Source: a virus
Strand: one strand, 5' to 3'
DNA: 49,084 nucleotides
Virus genome (UHGV): UHGV-1369968
Numbering within the stretch: position 1 is the stretch's first letter; every line of letters begins with the position of its first letter. Under the pieces are notes generated by a model. That model did not search any database. It saw only the letters and a list, made by a program, of their open reading frames with translations, and was not told the origin of the DNA. Positions 45,853 through 49,084 of this stretch are shown here, one piece after another. Both the position numbers and the translations under genes were made by a program.

Positions 45853-46941
45853 ATGGAAAAGATTATCTTTACGAAAGGCTTAATCACCAACTCGCAGGTG
45901 GTTAAAGAGCAATGGCGTCACCTGACCGTTGACCGCAAGGTTTTCATCAATGGTGAAAACGCTCTGGCGAAAGAATACGGCGTGAACGCTACCGCACTGG
46001 TAACGAAAGATTACTGGCGCGAAGTGGACGACGTTACCACCCGTGTATTCCGCAACGAGTCCGGCATGGACATGATGGCCGACCTGATGACGCTGGCGAC
46101 CAACATCAACATCGGTAAGACCGTGGCAATTAGCCGCATGGCCTCCGACGCTGGTAAGGTTGTGCGCACCATCTCCGGGCAGGAACCAGAAGACCTGGAT
46201 AAAACCCGCTATTCCTACAGCGGTGATGTAATCCCGATCTTCAAAACCGGTTATGGCCGCGAGTGGCGTGAGCTGCTGGGTATGCAATCTGAAGGTTTCG
46301 ACCCGCTGATTGATGACCAGGAGAGCACCACCTTCAACCTGCGTGCAGACATGGCGGATTATCTGCTGGTAGGCGATGCAAGCCTGAACGTGAACGGCGT
46401 TTATACCGCTTACGGCATCACCAACCACCCGAACACCGTGCAACTTAACCTGAGCACCTCTGGTACTGGCGCGCTGAACATCGACCTGCAAACCGCAACT
46501 CCTGATGAAATCGTTGAGTTCTTCAACCAGGATTTCCAGGCGGTTCTGGATGCGCAGAACGTGTTCGAGCCGGTTACTCTGTGGGTATCTCCGTCTGTTC
46601 GCCGTTCCTTCAGCCGCCCGTACTCCAACGCGGCAGGCTTCAAAGGCGGCACCATTGAGGATTATATCCTCGCATTCGGCAAAACCGGCAACGTTGGCCG
46701 CATCGCGTCTATCGGCACCAACTTCAAGCTGACCGGGAACCATTTCGTCGGCTATGTGAAGAATGCGCTGTATATCCGCCCTCGCGTCGCTCAGCCGGTA
46801 TCTACCTATGCAGAGCCGCGTACCACGCCGCATGCTAACTTTAACTTCCTGACCTGGGCTGCTATGGGTTTGCAAATACGGCGCGATTATTCAGGAAAAT
46901 CAAAGGTTTTCAACGGGTATGGAACACAAACAGCGTTGTAA
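45853..46941 (+). CDS. major capsid protein (lambda gpE family)
   Basis: 362 aa with an AGGAG RBS, followed by a strong terminator. Sequence features are typical of Phage_cap_E. Confidence 0.8.
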   Translation: MEKIIFTKGLITNSQVVKEQWRHLTVDRKVFINGENALAKEYGVNATALVTKDYWREVDDVTTRVFRNESGMDMMADLMTLATNINIGKTVAISRMASDAGKVVRTISGQEPEDLDKTRYSYSGDVIPIFKTGYGREWRELLGMQSEGFDPLIDDQESTTFNLRADMADYLLVGDASLNVNGVYTAYGITNHPNTVQLNLSTSGTGALNIDLQTATPDEIVEFFNQDFQAVLDAQNVFEPVTLWVSPSVRRSFSRPYSNAAGFKGGTIEDYILAFGKTGNVGRIASIGTNFKLTGNHFVGYVKNALYIRPRVAQPVSTYAEPRTTPHANFNFLTWAAMGLQIRRDYSGKSKVFNGYGTQTAL

Positions 46942-46946
46942 TTGAT

Positions 46947-46973
46947 AAAGGGGGCGTTAGCCCCCTTCTTTAT
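46947..46973. terminator. bidirectional rho-independent terminator
   Basis: AAAGGGGGCGTTAGCCCCCTTCTTTAT. Confidence 0.75.
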
Positions 46974-47754
46974 ACCTTATCTCGCCATAAACCATCCATT
47001 GAAGCATATAGCACCACTCCCACTCTGTAATATCATCCCTTAGCCATCGGCTATTCTTTTTGAAATTGTACTCTGCGGGTTCAGCTTTAAGGTTGTACAG
47101 GCAATTAACCAGTTCTGGATGTATAAGTCCATTCTTAACAAACCAGTTCACAGGAAGAATGTGATCAATATGCCACGAACTTCTATCATCAAAATTCATC
47201 CATGGCTCCATTGTTGACTCTATATGATTAATAAATTCATCCTTTGAGTAACCAAGAACTTCATCAACGCTTGAATCAGAAAGAATGGCGCCAATCTTGA
47301 CGTCCATCCTTTCCAGAGTCTTCCTCAGCAACCTATGGTGTGGATTGTCTGTCGCCCATTGCTTTACGTTTTGCAGTGCCTTTGCGTTACCATTTTTTGA
47401 GTAATACCATTTACGATAAATCTTCCTTTTCTTCTCCAGGAACGCCTCGCGCCTCAAAGGGTCTTCTCTCATCCTTTTGCTATATTTGGAGCCATTAAGC
47501 GACCTCCTTCTCCTGTTTTCTTCCTTTGAGTAATATTTATCATATGATTTTTTCCGGCTAATGCGCTCCCTTTCCTGCCCCTCACTTGTTGCGCGCTTGG
47601 CTCTGGTGAACTCATACAAGCAATCCTTGCATCTTCCTCCACCGGCAGTAAAAAAGGTGACACAACCACATTTTGCGCATGGTATTTCAGTGCAGACAAA
47701 CTGCTTTAATCCCTGCTCTCTGGCTTTAATTGCCAGCTCTTTTCTTGTAGTCAT
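46957..47754 (-). CDS. HNH-type endonuclease with N-terminal Zn ribbon (homing endonuclease in capsid module)
   Basis: 'SWHIDHILPVNWFVKNGLIHPELVNCLYNL' fits an HNH core (H-DH..P...N....N), with an N-terminal 'CAKCGC...CKDC' ribbon. Start moved to ATG 47754 (MTTRKEL) because the 5' extension overlaps a + gene. Confidence 0.55.
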   Translation of the reverse strand: MTTRKELAIKAREQGLKQFVCTEIPCAKCGCVTFFTAGGGRCKDCLYEFTRAKRATSEGQERERISRKKSYDKYYSKEENRRRRSLNGSKYSKRMREDPLRREAFLEKKRKIYRKWYYSKNGNAKALQNVKQWATDNPHHRLLRKTLERMDVKIGAILSDSSVDEVLGYSKDEFINHIESTMEPWMNFDDRSSWHIDHILPVNWFVKNGLIHPELVNCLYNLKAEPAEYNFKKNSRWLRDDITEWEWCYMLQWMVYGEIRYKEGG

Positions 47755-47791
47755 GGTGTAATCCTTGCTGATTTGGTTTTGCCATCTTAGC

Positions 47792-47816
47792 ACATCTACA
47801 TTTGATGTGTTATAAT
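47792..47816 (+). promoter_or_regulatory. motif-like element CATCTACATTTGA abutting extended -10 TGtgTTATAAT
   Basis: Upstream of the 47846 gene. Same architecture as the other + strand promoters. Confidence 0.45.
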
Positions 47817-47845
47817 TAATCAACATCAAAATAGAGGTATTTATC

Positions 47846-48040
47846 ATGGCTAAATACGAAGTTATTGCCAGCGGAATCTTCGTCAAGGATAAAGACGGTC
47901 GGCTGCGGGAGCTTGCCATTGGCGACGTGATTGACGAATCGACTCCGCACATTGAGTCAAAACTTCGCCCGGTTAGTGAGAAAATTCTGGAAGTTGCAAC
48001 TCCGCAAGAATCGCAGCCAAAGGCGAAGAAAACCAAGTAA
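47846..48040 (+). CDS. small hypothetical protein (64 aa)
   Basis: AGAGGT RBS, and it ends at the terminator at 48044-48069. Confidence 0.4.
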   Translation: MAKYEVIASGIFVKDKDGRLRELAIGDVIDESTPHIESKLRPVSEKILEVATPQESQPKAKKTK

Positions 48041-48043
48041 AAT

Positions 48044-48069
48044 AAACCCGCAAACAAGCGGGTTTTTTA
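48044..48069 (+). terminator. rho-independent terminator
   Basis: AACCCGCAAACAAGCGGGTTTTTTATT. Confidence 0.7.
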
Positions 48070-48081
48070 TTGGGGGTTATC

Positions 48082-48900
48082 ATGGCTGTCAGGTACGAAA
48101 TAAACACAACTCCGGCTGACGGAGAGGTTTTGCTTAGCGAAACCATGTCAGCAGACTGGACTGCATTGCAGGCACAGATTGTGCCGTTAAACTCTTCTGG
48201 CGACTATGAGCCATTAACAAGCGGCTCTGTTTCCGTAATGGTGTCTCCGTTCGCGTCTGGTGATTTCTGGGTTGACGTTAACAATAATAATTATTATGGC
48301 GTGGCGCTGCGACTGAAAGTGATCAAGTCACAGCTTCCTGCTGGCGTTGCATCCCTGAAAGTCCTGGTGTGGCGAGCTGACACCTCAGTGCCATCAAGTC
48401 AGGTTGTCGCTCAGCCATATACTGAGCTTGCCAATAAGCAGGGAAAGCTATTCACTGCATCGCGTCGCGTTACTGATGTTGCTGGCGGGGCTAACCTTGA
48501 CAGCATTTTTATTACCGGCTCAAAACAGGTTGTGTTTAACCAACGCATCATCGGATACACCGGCAAAGGTGTCATAGCATCCATTTACCGTGGGGCTGTA
48601 GCCACTGGCGGCACCGCTGCGGAGATTAATAACCCAAATGATATTGCACCGCATACTGCAACAGCGCAGCTTCTGACTGGCTCTACTGTGACAAGCATTG
48701 GGCAGCTGACGGTGGCGGCGACGTATAGTGAAGGGAACGCATCAAACCAGGGGCAGGGTAATTCACAGGCAAAACTTGGTGAACAGGTCATCATGGCGCC
48801 TAATACTACCTATCTGTTGCGCATTACGTCACTGGATACTGCGGCACAAAATATCAATGCTTACGTTTCGTGGTTTGAGGATGACGCCTATCTTCCTTGA
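48082..48900 (+). CDS. hypothetical protein, beta-rich (possible virion-associated protein)
   Basis: GGGGG RBS before the ATG at 48082. It follows the capsid module and ends at the bidirectional terminator at 48902-48932. Confidence 0.4.
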   Translation: MAVRYEINTTPADGEVLLSETMSADWTALQAQIVPLNSSGDYEPLTSGSVSVMVSPFASGDFWVDVNNNNYYGVALRLKVIKSQLPAGVASLKVLVWRADTSVPSSQVVAQPYTELANKQGKLFTASRRVTDVAGGANLDSIFITGSKQVVFNQRIIGYTGKGVIASIYRGAVATGGTAAEINNPNDIAPHTATAQLLTGSTVTSIGQLTVAATYSEGNASNQGQGNSQAKLGEQVIMAPNTTYLLRITSLDTAAQNINAYVSWFEDDAYLP

Positions 48901-48929
48901 TAAAAGAAAAGCCCCGTAAGGGGCTTTGT

Positions 48930-49084
48930 TTATTGTTTATCCGGGTCGGCGTAGAAATTCAGTAGCTTTATGAAATCTCTTTTCCCTGAATGATTAAGAT
49001 AAAATCCGGCAATTTCATTAAATACTTCATTTGATGCTTTTACAGAGCAGCCCATGTTGAGTGCGTCACGGGCTGCAATGGCCG
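48930..49084 (-). CDS. 3' end of a minus-strand gene whose N-terminus lies beyond the window
   Basis: Open frame '...AIAARDALNMGCSVKASNEVFNEIAGFYLNHSGKRDFIKLLNFYADPDKQ*' that ends at the shared terminator. Confidence 0.3.
   Translation of the reverse strand, partial: AIAARDALNMGCSVKASNEVFNEIAGFYLNHSGKRDFIKLLNFYADPDKQ

Noticed and set aside
45880-46875. 331-aa minus-strand ORF covering the major capsid gene
   Set aside because: Antisense shadow ORF of the high-GC capsid gene. It has no RBS or promoter, and its composition (R/G/V-rich) is typical of a reverse-frame artefact.
1-49084. CRISPR arrays, integrase/att sites, IS elements
   Set aside because: No spaced direct-repeat arrays and no tyrosine or serine recombinase-like ORF. 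No terminal inverted repeats flank any transposase-like gene. The tRNAs are internal to the tail operon rather than at an integration junction.

Overview
The window is a nearly gene-saturated double-stranded DNA phage genome segment. It looks like a lambda/T1-like siphovirus of an enterobacterial host, with sigma70-type promoters, Shine-Dalgarno sites, rho-independent terminators and no integrase.

A lambda-like morphogenesis set is present but split into two blocks. The tail block (2.4-17.8 kb, + strand) runs adaptor/head-closure/gp10-like/terminator-like proteins, a major tail protein with a C-terminal Ig domain, chaperone, 974-aa tape measure, minor tail proteins, an NlpC/P60 gpK-like protein, a J-like tip protein and a beta-helix tailspike. 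The head block (29.5-48.9 kb, + strand) runs TerS, a PBSX-type TerL, portal, a Mu-F-like head morphogenesis protein, a scaffold/protease-like protein, a gpD-like decoration protein and a gpE-like major capsid protein. The head block is interrupted by a lysis cassette (GH24 endolysin, holin-like protein, Rz with embedded Rz1) and by several small-gene islands.

The early/replication genes are on the minus strand: SSB, Erf annealase, PD-(D/E)XK exonuclease, VRR-NUC nuclease, SF2 helicase, a divergent Zn-ribbon/Toprim primase, a DUF3987-like ATPase, an AP2-domain protein, a ParB-like protein and a truncated DnaN-like clamp fragment. Three tRNAs (CAT, Arg-TCT, Ser-GCT) lie antisense inside the tail operon.

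At least four selfish endonuclease genes are inserted in the modules: two HNH-AP2, one HNH with a Zn ribbon, and one T5orf172/GIY-YIG-like.

The points most worth a second look are these. A 12-bp motif (AATCTACGTCAA, reverse complement TTGACGTAGATT) recurs at essentially every start of a transcription unit and overlaps the -35, spacer or +1 positions. An HslV/proteasome-like Ntn-hydrolase gene lies in an island between TerL and portal. A half-size DnaN homolog (domains II-III only) is translationally coupled in a ParB-like operon. Two paralogous leader genes (KGTPGPW...AAAPELL) head the two early operons. An AT-rich GGGTTA-iteron and hairpin region next to the replication genes looks like an origin. 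A minus-strand cassette of secreted, unknown and membrane proteins is wedged into the head/lysis junction.
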